This document shows positions 1 through 9,316 of a stretch of 56,820 bases of DNA, in pieces. Position 1 is the first letter of the stretch; each line of letters begins with the position of its first letter. Location of the stretch: assembly GCA_964605195.1 (NCBI GenBank), contig CAZSBC010000002.1:3450-60269 (forward strand). Direction: 5' to 3'. Both the position numbers and the translations under genes were made by a program. Below the pieces are notes generated by a model. The model was not told the DNA's origin. It saw only the letters and a list, made by a program, of their open reading frames with translations, and ran no database searches. This stretch comes from an uncultured Spirochaetales bacterium (lineage in GTDB: Bacteria; Spirochaetota; Spirochaetia; JABMQR01).

Positions 1-1
1 G

Positions 2-403
2 TATGCAATCATTGTTATCGGTTCAACGGCAGGAACGGCAAAAGCTGCGGTGAACGAGATGCGTGCTGAAGGGTATAAAGTCGGGCTCATAAAGATCCGT
101 CTATATCGGCCTTTCCCTGAAGCAGATGTGGTTCGGGCCCTTACTGGAGTCAAGGGTGTCGCCGTAATGGACAAGTCAGAAGGGTTTTCAGCAAACGGCG
201 GTCCATTGTTCGCCGATGTTTCTACAGCGCTCTATCGCCACAGAGCAACCTGTCAGGCGATTGATTTTGTTTACGGGCTTGGTGGGAGAGATGTGAAGGT
301 TGAAGACATCAAACACGTCTACCGGGAAATAATCCGCGAAACGGAATCCGGAGTGGAAGAGTGCGAAGGATTACCCTATCGATATCTGGGAGTGAGAGCA
401 TGA
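2..403 (+). CDS. 2-oxoacid (pyruvate-type):ferredoxin oxidoreductase alpha subunit, C-terminal part; 5' end lies outside the window
   Basis: The frame is open from base 2. The sequence ...AIIVIGSTAGTAKAAVNEMRAEGYKVGLIKIRLYRPFP... is typical of the alpha-subunit C-terminal domain. The stop overlaps the next start (ATGA at 400-403). Confidence 0.8.
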   Translation, partial: YAIIVIGSTAGTAKAAVNEMRAEGYKVGLIKIRLYRPFPEADVVRALTGVKGVAVMDKSEGFSANGGPLFADVSTALYRHRATCQAIDFVYGLGGRDVKVEDIKHVYREIIRETESGVEECEGLPYRYLGVRA

Positions 404-1329
404 AAATAGATTTCAAGGAGTATCTTGGACGTGAGGAGCGGTTTTCAGGTGGGCATAGGATGTGTGCTGGTTGCGGTGCCCCGGTTGTTGTTAGGGCAGT
501 GATGCGAGCGCTGAATCCCGGGGAACGGGCTGTGGTCGGTTGTGCTACCGGATGTCTTGAAGTCTCTTCGTTCACCTATCCATATTCAGCCTGGACTGAT
601 TCGTTCATTCACAGTGCATTTGAGAATGCAGCGGCAACGATAAGCGGGGCTGAGGGAGCCTATCGGGCACTCGTGAGACGGGGGAAGCAGAAGGACCCTA
701 GAAAATTCATCACCTTTGGGGGCGATGGGGGCTCCTACGATATCGGCTTCCAGAGTCTCAGCGGGGCTATGGAGCGTGGACACGATATGGTGTATGTCTG
801 CTATGACAATGGTGCCTACATGAACACCGGAATTCAGCGCTCTTCGGGAACTCCTCTCTATGCCGATACGACTACTAGTCCGGCTGGGCAGCATATTCCA
901 GGGAAAAGTCAGAATCGAAAGGATCTGACAAAGATTATGGCTGCCCATAACATTTCCTATGTCGGACAGACAGCACCCACATCAAATTTCAAGGATTTAC
1001 ATGAGAAATCATACCGAGCAATTTATACCAGCGGATCGGCTTTCATCAATGTCTTCGCACCGTGCCCGAGAGGGTGGCGCTATGATGGGAAGGATTTGAT
1101 GAAAATCTGCAAGCTGGCAACTGATACATGTGTATGGCCTCTATACGAAGTAGTGGAGGGGCAATGGAAGCTTTCTTATGAACCCAGGAAAAAGCTGCCT
1201 GTTGAAGACTACCTGCGAAGCCAGGGAAGATTCAAACACCTGTTCAAGGTCGGAAATGAAGAGCTTATTGCCCAGATTCAGAGAACTGTTGATATTGAAT
1301 GGGAACGATTGAAGGCTCTGTGCACGTAG
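400..1329 (+). CDS. 2-oxoacid:ferredoxin oxidoreductase beta subunit (TPP-binding)
   Basis: N-terminus MKIDFKEYL...GGHRMCAGCGAP and TPP motif GGDGGSYDIGFQSL. The ATG at 400 overlaps the upstream stop, so I use this internal start rather than 361 from the ORF track. Confidence 0.85.
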   Translation: MKIDFKEYLGREERFSGGHRMCAGCGAPVVVRAVMRALNPGERAVVGCATGCLEVSSFTYPYSAWTDSFIHSAFENAAATISGAEGAYRALVRRGKQKDPRKFITFGGDGGSYDIGFQSLSGAMERGHDMVYVCYDNGAYMNTGIQRSSGTPLYADTTTSPAGQHIPGKSQNRKDLTKIMAAHNISYVGQTAPTSNFKDLHEKSYRAIYTSGSAFINVFAPCPRGWRYDGKDLMKICKLATDTCVWPLYEVVEGQWKLSYEPRKKLPVEDYLRSQGRFKHLFKVGNEELIAQIQRTVDIEWERLKALCT

Positions 1330-1468
1330 AGATATCAGGTGAAGCAGGTATATGGGGTGAACTTTGCCAGGCAAAATCCCGTGAAAACCATTCAGTGGAC
1401 TTGTATGTTACGGGTATTAGGATAGGGCATTAATCTGATTTTCCCGACTGTTAGCTGTACCAGAGCAA

Positions 1469-2953
1469 TCAGTTGAAAATTTTCTGTAGCTCCATGTACC
1501 TCGGTAAGTGCTTGCCCCGGTACAACCCGGATTCGTATGCATCCGGAAGGTAACGATCTTTGGTTCTTTCCCTGACAACCTGCATGGCCTCCTCAGGGTC
1601 AGAGTAGCTATTGACAGCCAGAGCGGCAAGCATTGCCGCCCCACTTAGCGTCGTCTCCCGGCAGGCGGGAACCACTATCTCAGCATCCATGATGCTGCTT
1701 TTGATCTGCATCCATATATGGTTGCGGGTACCCCCGCCGGCAGAGATGATTTTTGTATACCCTGTTCCGGTAGCCGCTTCTGCCCGCTGCCTGATCACCT
1801 CTATCTCGTAGGCAGTTCCCTCCAGGACCGCCTTGGCAATATCGGCTTTCGTATGCTGACCGGTCAGTCCGAGGAAACCGCCGGTAACGGCAGCATTTCC
1901 TGTTGTGCCGCTTCTTCCGTTGAGATAGGGGAAGTAGAGGATCGATGTGGGGCCGGTACTGGCCGCTGCCAGCAACTCCATGAAATGCTCATACGAGTGG
2001 TTGGGGAGCAGCAAATCCATGGTCCATTCCACCGAACCGCCAGAGGCCGAGCAACCGCTCATCCAGTAGAGCGTATCAGGCAGCACATGCAGCCCGTAGG
2101 AGATTCCGGAGTGGAAGTGCCCTGTATGCAATTTTGCAGGCATACCCCCTGAGTCCTTAGAGAGAATACCGGTAAGTGCCTCGGCAGTCCCTATCGAGCT
2201 GAAGATTGTTCCCGGACGGGCAGCACCGGCACCAAGAGACCCGCAAACATGGTCATGTCCGCAGGGAACTACTGGGATCCCCTCCGGGAGCCCGGATGCT
2301 GCAGCGACCCTGTGACTGAGCGGTCCTGCCGGGGTACCTGCCTGCAGCAACTCGGGGAAGAGCTCGGCAGAGAGACCAATCCCCTTGAGCCACTCCCCGT
2401 CCCATGCCTTGTCCGGAAGGGAGAGGGCGTAGGTGCGGGTAGCCAGTGAATAGTCGGTTGCCATGACACCGGTCATGCAGTAGATGATGTAGTCGGCGGA
2501 TGAAAGCCACCTGCTGCCGGGCTGTATCAGGGAGGGGTTGGATTCCTGCAGGTGCAGCAGCTTTGAGACAGCGGTCTTGTAGGAAGGACGCACGCCTCTT
2601 GTTCTGAAGAAGCCGGCTGTATGGAACCGTTCTGTCAGGGAAGCACTGATCTGAGCGGAACGCCTGTCAAACCAGGGAATCAGAGATGTAGCCTCCTCTC
2701 CATGAGCGCTGAGCAGCAATCCCGTCTCTGCCATGCTGGAAACTCCGATTGCCAGCAGATCTCCTCCCTTAGTGCAATTTGAAAGGCTTTGCAGCTGTCT
2801 GTAGAGCCGCTTCTGCAGCTCTGCCGGGTTATAACCTGCCGGGTTGCGGGGCATGGCACCGGATTCCATCTGCAGCATCTGCAGATCAGCAGTAAAGAGG
2901 GCGCTCTTGAGATGGGTTGTCCCGATGTCGATAGCGATGAGTAACTCGTTCAT
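1469..2953 (-). CDS. FGGY-family carbohydrate kinase (substrate unknown)
   Basis: MNELLIAIDIGTTHLK N-terminal phosphate-1 motif, and GGGTRN near the C-terminus. The ORF-track N-terminal extension to 3130 overlaps the divergent gene and is unlikely. M at 2989 is an alternative start. Confidence 0.75.
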   Translation of the reverse strand: MNELLIAIDIGTTHLKSALFTADLQMLQMESGAMPRNPAGYNPAELQKRLYRQLQSLSNCTKGGDLLAIGVSSMAETGLLLSAHGEEATSLIPWFDRRSAQISASLTERFHTAGFFRTRGVRPSYKTAVSKLLHLQESNPSLIQPGSRWLSSADYIIYCMTGVMATDYSLATRTYALSLPDKAWDGEWLKGIGLSAELFPELLQAGTPAGPLSHRVAAASGLPEGIPVVPCGHDHVCGSLGAGAARPGTIFSSIGTAEALTGILSKDSGGMPAKLHTGHFHSGISYGLHVLPDTLYWMSGCSASGGSVEWTMDLLLPNHSYEHFMELLAAASTGPTSILYFPYLNGRSGTTGNAAVTGGFLGLTGQHTKADIAKAVLEGTAYEIEVIRQRAEAATGTGYTKIISAGGGTRNHIWMQIKSSIMDAEIVVPACRETTLSGAAMLAALAVNSYSDPEEAMQVVRERTKDRYLPDAYESGLYRGKHLPRYMELQKIFN

Positions 2954-3049
2954 GAGCTCAGTGTACCGAAAAAGCTGGGCATCTTCCATTGGACAACAGG
3001 GAGAAATGGCGGTAAGGTAGTAGAAAGCACATACAGAGGGAGGCATACA

Positions 3050-4192
3050 ATGGTAAAATTTGGCATGGTGGGCGGGGGCCCCGGGGCGTTTATTGGTGAT
3101 GTACACAGGAAAGCCCTCTTCATGGATCATGATAGTGAACTGGTGGCGGGGGCGTTTTCCAGGGATTACCGCAAGTCACTGGAAACCGGCCGGGCCCTGG
3201 GACTCGATGAGAAACGCATATATTCCTCGTATCAGGAAATGGCTGCGGCTGAAGCGGAAAGAGCGGACGGCATAGATGTTGTCTCCATCGTTACCCCGAA
3301 CAATCTCCACTATGACATTGCCAGAGCATTTCTGGAGCAGGGTATCCATGTTGTCTGTGACAAACCGGTTACCGTCACCGCTGCCGAGGCAATTGAACTG
3401 AAGCGAATTGCAGCGGAGAGAAAGCTGCTGTTCTGCGTCACCTACACCTATTCAGGATATGCCATCCTCTCACAGGCCAAGGCAATGATTGCCGATGGGC
3501 GTATCGGGAAGATCCGTGTTGTACAGGCAGAGTTCCCGGAAGGCTGGCTTGCCAGGAGCGTCGAGAACCAGGGGGACAAACAGGCTTCCTGGCGTAACGA
3601 TCCTTCGCAGAGCGGGGCATCAAACTGTACCGCCGACCTCGGCAGTCATGTGGAACACCTGGTCTCCTTTGTCACGGGACTGCAGATCCATTCCCTCTGC
3701 GCATTGATGGACACCTTTGTCGAGGGCCGGCGGCTTGATGACAATGCAGCAGTCATGCTCAGATACCGCAACGGGGCTTCCGGTATGTACTGGGTCTCAT
3801 ATGTGGCCCCGGGACATGACAACGGGCTGCGGCTACGTGTCTACGGATCGGAGGGCTCCCTGCAGTGGGTACAGGAGGATCCCGACCACCTCGTCTATGC
3901 ACCCGTTGACGGAGCGAAGCAGATCCTGTCACGGGGACGGTTTGCCGACTACCCGGAGGGCGTGCATGCTGCCCGCATTCCCGCCGGGCATCCTGAAGGC
4001 TTTTATGTGGCATTTGCCAATATCTACCGGGAATTTCTTGTCGATCTCAAGGCCCTGAAGAATGGTACGGCATATGAAGAGCTGGCTGGCAGTTATCCCA
4101 CTATCGATGACGGTATCAGGGGGCTGCAGTTTGTAGAGGCCTGCATCAGCAGTTCCGCCGATGGAGGAGTGTGGATCAATCTGCAGGAGTGA
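3050..4192 (+). CDS. Gfo/Idh/MocA-family NAD(P)-dependent oxidoreductase (380 aa, long type)
   Basis: N-terminal Rossmann motif FGMVGGGPGAFIGDVHRKA, conserved VVCDKP. SD GAGGGAGG lies upstream. Confidence 0.8.
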   Translation: MVKFGMVGGGPGAFIGDVHRKALFMDHDSELVAGAFSRDYRKSLETGRALGLDEKRIYSSYQEMAAAEAERADGIDVVSIVTPNNLHYDIARAFLEQGIHVVCDKPVTVTAAEAIELKRIAAERKLLFCVTYTYSGYAILSQAKAMIADGRIGKIRVVQAEFPEGWLARSVENQGDKQASWRNDPSQSGASNCTADLGSHVEHLVSFVTGLQIHSLCALMDTFVEGRRLDDNAAVMLRYRNGASGMYWVSYVAPGHDNGLRLRVYGSEGSLQWVQEDPDHLVYAPVDGAKQILSRGRFADYPEGVHAARIPAGHPEGFYVAFANIYREFLVDLKALKNGTAYEELAGSYPTIDDGIRGLQFVEACISSSADGGVWINLQE

Positions 4193-4260
4193 CCGTTTTT
4201 ACTGAAAAAAGTGCTAGTTGGTGAAAATTTATGTTTGCGTTTTAGGAGAAGTTGCTGTAT

Positions 4261-4284
4261 GATAGAGCAAACGTTTGCTCTATC
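4261..4284. promoter_or_regulatory. Perfect 24-bp palindrome, candidate LacI-family operator overlapping a putative -10 (TATGAT 4258-4263)
   Basis: GATAGAGCAAAC|GTTTGCTCTATC. The core GCAAACGTTTGC matches the general LacI/GalR operator pattern (..AAnCGnTT..). It sits 12 nt upstream of the ATG at 4296. Confidence 0.6.
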
Positions 4285-4295
4285 TGTGAGGGTAT

Positions 4296-5213
4296 ATGAA
4301 CACCAGACTTGCCACCGCACCCTGCTCATGGGGAGTGGAGGATCCCGATAACCCCAATAACCCGTACTGGGAGACAGTTCTCGAGGAGGCTGCCGCCAGT
4401 GGCTTTGTCGGGACCGAACTTGGTCCGCTTGGCTTCATGCCGGTGGATCCGGCTGTCATAGCTGATGCCCTTGCCGGAAATGGGCTCTCGCTTGTTGCCG
4501 GGACTCTCTATGATGACCTGCTTACTGCCGGGAAGTTCCCCGAAGTCATGGAGAAGGCGACTGCCGTCTGCCGCCTGTTAGCAGGCATCCCCGCATCAGG
4601 AAGTGACCCCTCTTACCGGCAGCGCTACCTCGTCATAATTGACAGCGTGAAACCGCTACGCAACCATACTGCCGGACAGCCTGATCGGGCACCGCGCCTG
4701 GATACTGGGGAGTGGAAGCGCATGATGTACCACATAGAGGAGATATCACGAACCGTTGCCGGGGAGTACGGTATCCGGCCGGTGGTGCACCCGCATGCCG
4801 GAGGATACCTGGAGTTCGATGATGAGACGCAGCACTTTCTCAACGACATACCGGGGGAGATCAGCGGACTCTGCCTTGATACCGGTCATCTGCTCTATTC
4901 AGGGGTAGCACCGGATTCCGGGATACTCAGATATGCACGGCGGCTTGATTATCTCCACTGCAAGGATATCAAGGCCGATACCTATACCAGGGCTATATCC
5001 GAAAGAATGGGATTTTTCGAAGCCTGCCTGGAAGGGGTTATGTGTCCGGTTGGCAGCGGTCAGGTAGACTATGATGCTGTGAAGCAGGCCCTGGAGACCG
5101 TTGGTTATCAGGGGTGGATAACCGTCGAGCAGGAGCGTGACCCCTCACTGTCGACGGGCACACTGCAGGATCTGAGGAAGAGTCACGGCTACCTTTCCGC
5201 ACTTGGACTGTGA
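4296..5213 (+). CDS. Xylose-isomerase-like TIM-barrel protein (sugar phosphate isomerase/epimerase superfamily)
   Basis: 305 aa. It has HPHAGGYLE and LDTGH metal-ligand-type motifs typical of the AP-endonuclease-2/xylose isomerase-like fold. Confidence 0.75.
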   Translation: MNTRLATAPCSWGVEDPDNPNNPYWETVLEEAAASGFVGTELGPLGFMPVDPAVIADALAGNGLSLVAGTLYDDLLTAGKFPEVMEKATAVCRLLAGIPASGSDPSYRQRYLVIIDSVKPLRNHTAGQPDRAPRLDTGEWKRMMYHIEEISRTVAGEYGIRPVVHPHAGGYLEFDDETQHFLNDIPGEISGLCLDTGHLLYSGVAPDSGILRYARRLDYLHCKDIKADTYTRAISERMGFFEACLEGVMCPVGSGQVDYDAVKQALETVGYQGWITVEQERDPSLSTGTLQDLRKSHGYLSALGL

Positions 5214-5235
5214 AGCCACTTTTTGCGTAATGTAA

Positions 5236-5247
5236 GCAAACGTTTGA
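5236..5247. promoter_or_regulatory. Second candidate LacI-family operator (GCAAACGTTTGA)
   Basis: It shares the 11-nt core GCAAACGTTTG with the palindrome at 4261-4284 and lies 31 nt upstream of the ATG at 5278. Confidence 0.5.
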
Positions 5248-5277
5248 CCCGGTTTTCCGGGCCATAAGGAGGATGGG

Positions 5278-6474
5278 ATGTTCAACGAAGAGGAGAGACT
5301 TGAGAAACCCTTGCGATGGGGTATGGCAGGCGGGGGACGAGGCAGCCAGATAGGCTATATCCACCGCAATTCGGCAGCAAGGGACGGGCTCTTCCACCTG
5401 GTTGCGGGAGCCTTTGACGTGGACCCGGAGCGCGGAGCGGAGTTCGGCAGGAATATTGGAGTGGAGGAGTCCCGCTGTTATCCCGATTACCTGACTATGC
5501 TGCAGGAGGAGAGCAGGCGAGAAGACGGCATAGAGGTGCTCTCAGTGGCCACTCCTAACCGTTATCACTACGAGATGACGAAGGCAGCCTTGGAACATGG
5601 CCTGCATGTCATCTGCGAAAAGCCGCTGACCCTCACTGTCAGTGAGGCTGAGGAGCTGCGAGAGCTTGCCAGGGCCGGTAACCGGATTGTCGGGGTCACC
5701 TATGGCTACTCGGGACACCAGATGCTCCACCAGGCAAGGAACATGATTGCCCGCGGAGACATCGGTGATGTCCGCATTATCAACATGCAGTTTGCCCACG
5801 GCTGGCATACTGCCGAGGTGGAGGCCAATGACCCCGGAACACGTTGGCGCGTTACCCCGGCCACTGCAGGATCGACCTATGTCCTCGGTGATGTCGGAAC
5901 GCACGCCTACTACCTTGCCGAGCTACTTATTCCCGATCTGCAGATTGAGTCCCTGATGTGTACCCGGCAGAGCTTCATCCCCTCCCGGGCACCGCTGGAG
6001 GATAATGCATTCGTGCTGATGCATTTCACCAACGGGGCAGTGGGCAACCTCTGGGCAAGCTGCGTGAATGCCGGTTCGATGCATGACCAGCGCATCAGGG
6101 TAATCGGTTCCAGGGCAAGCCTTGAGTGGTGTGACGAGCATCCCAACCAGCTGCACTATGAAGTGCAGGGAGAACCGAAGCGGATTCTCGACAGGGGACA
6201 CAGCTATAACTGCAACGAGGACCCGCTAGTCAGCATGGACAGGTTGGGAGGGGGCCATGCCGTGGGGCTCTTTGAATCATGGGCCAATATCTATCACCGG
6301 TTTGGGCTGGCTATGGACAGGGCCAACAGAGGGGAGCAGGTTGATACAGCCGATTTCTGGTATCCCGATATCAAGGCCGGCCTTACCGGAGTGAGATTGC
6401 TTGAAAAGTGCGTTGAATCTGCCGATAACGGAGCCGTATGGGTAGCGTTCGGCAGTAATGGAGGAGAGAGATAA
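5278..6474 (+). CDS. Gfo/Idh/MocA-family oxidoreductase (398 aa, long type)
   Basis: WGMAGGGRGSQIGYIHR Rossmann N-terminus and VICEKP motif. SD AAGGAGG lies 5 nt upstream. The stop overlaps the iolD start (TAATG). Confidence 0.8.
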   Translation: MFNEEERLEKPLRWGMAGGGRGSQIGYIHRNSAARDGLFHLVAGAFDVDPERGAEFGRNIGVEESRCYPDYLTMLQEESRREDGIEVLSVATPNRYHYEMTKAALEHGLHVICEKPLTLTVSEAEELRELARAGNRIVGVTYGYSGHQMLHQARNMIARGDIGDVRIINMQFAHGWHTAEVEANDPGTRWRVTPATAGSTYVLGDVGTHAYYLAELLIPDLQIESLMCTRQSFIPSRAPLEDNAFVLMHFTNGAVGNLWASCVNAGSMHDQRIRVIGSRASLEWCDEHPNQLHYEVQGEPKRILDRGHSYNCNEDPLVSMDRLGGGHAVGLFESWANIYHRFGLAMDRANRGEQVDTADFWYPDIKAGLTGVRLLEKCVESADNGAVWVAFGSNGGER

Positions 6475-8342
6475 TGAAGACAATACGATTGACCACAGCC
6501 CAGGCACTGGTGAAATTCCTTGACAACCAGTATGTGGAGTTTGACGGTAAAGAGCAGAAATTTGTCGGGGGAGTGCTCGGAATATTCGGCCATGGCTGCG
6601 TGGCCGGTATCGGCGAGGCCCTCCAGGAGCCCAATCACTCCCTGAAGTTCTATCAGGGCCATTCAGAGCAGGGTATGGGACATATCGCCATCGGCTATGC
6701 CAAGCAGTCCAACCGCAGACGAATCATGGCCGTTACAAGCTCCATCGGACCCGGGGCGCTGAATATGGTAACCGCTGCCGGAACCGCGACAGTCAACCGG
6801 ATCCCGGTGCTCTTTCTCCCGGGAGATAATTTCGCCTGTCGGCAGCCCGACCCGGTCCTGCAGCAGGTTGAGCATCAGGGGGACCTGACCGTAACGGCAA
6901 ACGATGCCTTCAAGCCGGTCTGCCGCCTTTTTGACCGCATCAGCCGTCCGGATCAGCTGATGGTGGGGGCCATCAACGCCATGCGGGTCCTGACCGATCC
7001 GGCCGACACCGGGGCCGTCTGCCTTGCTATGCCGCAGGATGTACAGGGTGAGGCCTACGACTATCCGGAATCATTTTTTGCCAAGCGGGTCCACAGAATA
7101 GCACGAAGATCGTTGGCCTCCAGTGATGCAGCAGTAGCTGCTGATATGATCCGCAGGAGCAGGAAACCCATGATGATCTGCGGCGGGGGTGTGCGTTACT
7201 CGGAAGCCGGTGATGCCCTCTCACGTTTCGCAGAACAGTTCTCGATTCCCTTTGGTGAGACCCAGGCCGGCAAGGGGACTGTTGTCTGGGATGATCCGAT
7301 GAACATGGGGGGGATCGGCGTATGCGGCACACTGGCCGCGAACACCGTAGCCCACGAGACTGATCTCGTCATTGCCGTGGGGACCCGGCTCAATGACTTC
7401 GTCACCGGTTCTAAGTGGAATTTTCACAACCCGGAGGTGCAGGTCATCACCCTTAACATCAACGGGTACGATGCCTACAAACTCAACGCCCACCCATTTG
7501 TCTGCGATGCGCAGGAAGGCCTTGAAACCCTCGGTGCCCTGCTGTCAGAATCCGGCTACTGCAGCGAATGGGGAGACCGTCCACAGGAGCTCTATGCGGT
7601 GTGGGAGGAGGAGAATGACCGCCTCTACACGACAGATGATGCTACCGCCGGGTTTACCCAGACCAGGGTGATGGGGCTGATGAATGACAAGCTGCTCCCT
7701 GAAGATGCGATCATCGTGGCAGCGGGAGGATCACTGCCCTCCGACCTTGAGAGGCTGTGGAGGACGAGGGTCCGGGATACCTACCACCTTGAGTATGGAT
7801 TCTCCTGTATGGGATACGAGATGGCCGGGGCACTCGGAGCCAAGATTGCCGAACCGGAACGGGAAGTCTTCTGCCTGGTGGGTGACGGCAGCTTCCTCAT
7901 GCTGAACTCCGAACTGTTCACCAGCATTCAGGAGGGGCTGAAGATCAATGTCGTGCTGATCGATAATAACGGCTTCCATTGCATCGATAACCTGCAGGCC
8001 TCCCAGGGGATACCGCATTTCGGATGTGAGTTCAGATTCAGGAACGGTGAGACCGACCGGCTGGATGGTGACTATATCCCGGTAGATTATGCCATGGTAG
8101 CCAGGGGACTCGGTTTTCAGTCCTGGAGGGCAGAAAACAGCAGCACTTTTACCGAAGCTATGGAACTGGTACTGAAAAGCGAGGTTTCCACGCTGATTGA
8201 CTGCAAGACTGCCAGGAAATCAATGACCGACTCCTACAGCACCTGGTGGCGGGTCGGTACCCCGGAGGTCTCCCAGAAACCTGCAGTGGTGGAGGCCTGG
8301 AAGCAGATGAAACAAGAGGCTGGAAAGGCCAAACAATTCTAA
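6474..8342 (+). CDS. iolD: 3D-(3,5/4)-trihydroxycyclohexane-1,2-dione acylhydrolase (decyclizing), copy 1
   Basis: MKTIRLTTAQALVKFLDNQYVEFDGKEQKF... is the characteristic IolD N-terminus. TPP-enzyme motif GDGSFLMLNSEL; 622 aa. Confidence 0.9.
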   Translation: MKTIRLTTAQALVKFLDNQYVEFDGKEQKFVGGVLGIFGHGCVAGIGEALQEPNHSLKFYQGHSEQGMGHIAIGYAKQSNRRRIMAVTSSIGPGALNMVTAAGTATVNRIPVLFLPGDNFACRQPDPVLQQVEHQGDLTVTANDAFKPVCRLFDRISRPDQLMVGAINAMRVLTDPADTGAVCLAMPQDVQGEAYDYPESFFAKRVHRIARRSLASSDAAVAADMIRRSRKPMMICGGGVRYSEAGDALSRFAEQFSIPFGETQAGKGTVVWDDPMNMGGIGVCGTLAANTVAHETDLVIAVGTRLNDFVTGSKWNFHNPEVQVITLNINGYDAYKLNAHPFVCDAQEGLETLGALLSESGYCSEWGDRPQELYAVWEEENDRLYTTDDATAGFTQTRVMGLMNDKLLPEDAIIVAAGGSLPSDLERLWRTRVRDTYHLEYGFSCMGYEMAGALGAKIAEPEREVFCLVGDGSFLMLNSELFTSIQEGLKINVVLIDNNGFHCIDNLQASQGIPHFGCEFRFRNGETDRLDGDYIPVDYAMVARGLGFQSWRAENSSTFTEAMELVLKSEVSTLIDCKTARKSMTDSYSTWWRVGTPEVSQKPAVVEAWKQMKQEAGKAKQF

Positions 8343-8368
8343 GGTTTGAAGCACAAGGAGAAAATACG

Positions 8369-9268
8369 ATGCTGGACAGTAAGAAAGTGAAACTTGGGAT
8401 AGCCCCCCTTACCTGGACAAATGATGATCTTCCGGAGCTGGGGGGAGAGATCCCGTTCGAGCAGTGTATCAGTGAGATGGCCCTGGCAGGGTTTACCGGC
8501 TGCGAGGTGGGGAACAAGTTCCCCAAGGATCCCGCGGTGCTGAAGACAGCGCTGGATCTGCGTGGTCTGCAGATATGCAATGCGTGGTTCAGTCCCTATC
8601 TCACGACGAAGCCGTTTGAGGAGAACAGGAAAGCCTTCAATGAGCATTGCGCCTTCCTGCAGGCAATGGGAGCGACCGTTGTCGGTGCCGGGGAACAGGG
8701 ACACTCTCCCCAGGGCGATATCAACGCGCCGGTGTGGAGCAGCAAGGCAATATTCACCGAGGAGGAGTGGAAAAAGCTTACCTCCGGACTGAATGAACTC
8801 GGCCGGATATCGCTTGAGGAGTACGGAATCAGGTTCTGCTACCATCACCATATGGGGACCGGTGTGCAGACCATGGCAGAAACCGACAGGCTGCTCAACG
8901 AAACCAGACCCGAGTATGTAGCCCTTAACTATGATTCAGGCCACTTTTTCTTTTCGTTTGAGGATCCGGTGGCTGCTATGAAGAAGTATGTAGGCAGAAC
9001 CGGGCATGTGCACCTCAAGGATGTCAGGGAGGGTGAGCGGGAGCGCTGCCGTGATAATGACATGAGTTTTCTGGCGGCAGTCGGGTCCGGCGTCTTCACC
9101 GTACCCGGAGACGGCGTGATTGATTTTGCATCTATCTACCGGGTCCTTGAAGAGAATGGATATGAGGGGTGGCTGGTAGTTGAGGCTGAACAGGACCCTG
9201 CAAAGGCACACCCGCTGACCTATGCCAAGATGGCTAGGGAGAATATCAGAAGGGATATCGGCCTCTAG
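8369..9268 (+). CDS. iolE: myo-inosose-2 dehydratase, copy 1
   Basis: KLGIAPLTWTNDDLPELGGEIPFEQCISEMALAGFTGCE and YHHHMGTGVQT are IolE hallmarks. ATG at 8369 has SD AAGGAG at 8355-8360; the ORF-track start at 8246 overlaps iolD. Confidence 0.9.
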   Translation: MLDSKKVKLGIAPLTWTNDDLPELGGEIPFEQCISEMALAGFTGCEVGNKFPKDPAVLKTALDLRGLQICNAWFSPYLTTKPFEENRKAFNEHCAFLQAMGATVVGAGEQGHSPQGDINAPVWSSKAIFTEEEWKKLTSGLNELGRISLEEYGIRFCYHHHMGTGVQTMAETDRLLNETRPEYVALNYDSGHFFFSFEDPVAAMKKYVGRTGHVHLKDVREGERERCRDNDMSFLAAVGSGVFTVPGDGVIDFASIYRVLEENGYEGWLVVEAEQDPAKAHPLTYAKMARENIRRDIGL

Positions 9269-9316
9269 GAGCTGAACAGTGTGCTGAAAAAGCGATAATT
9301 GAAGATGGAGGAGAAG

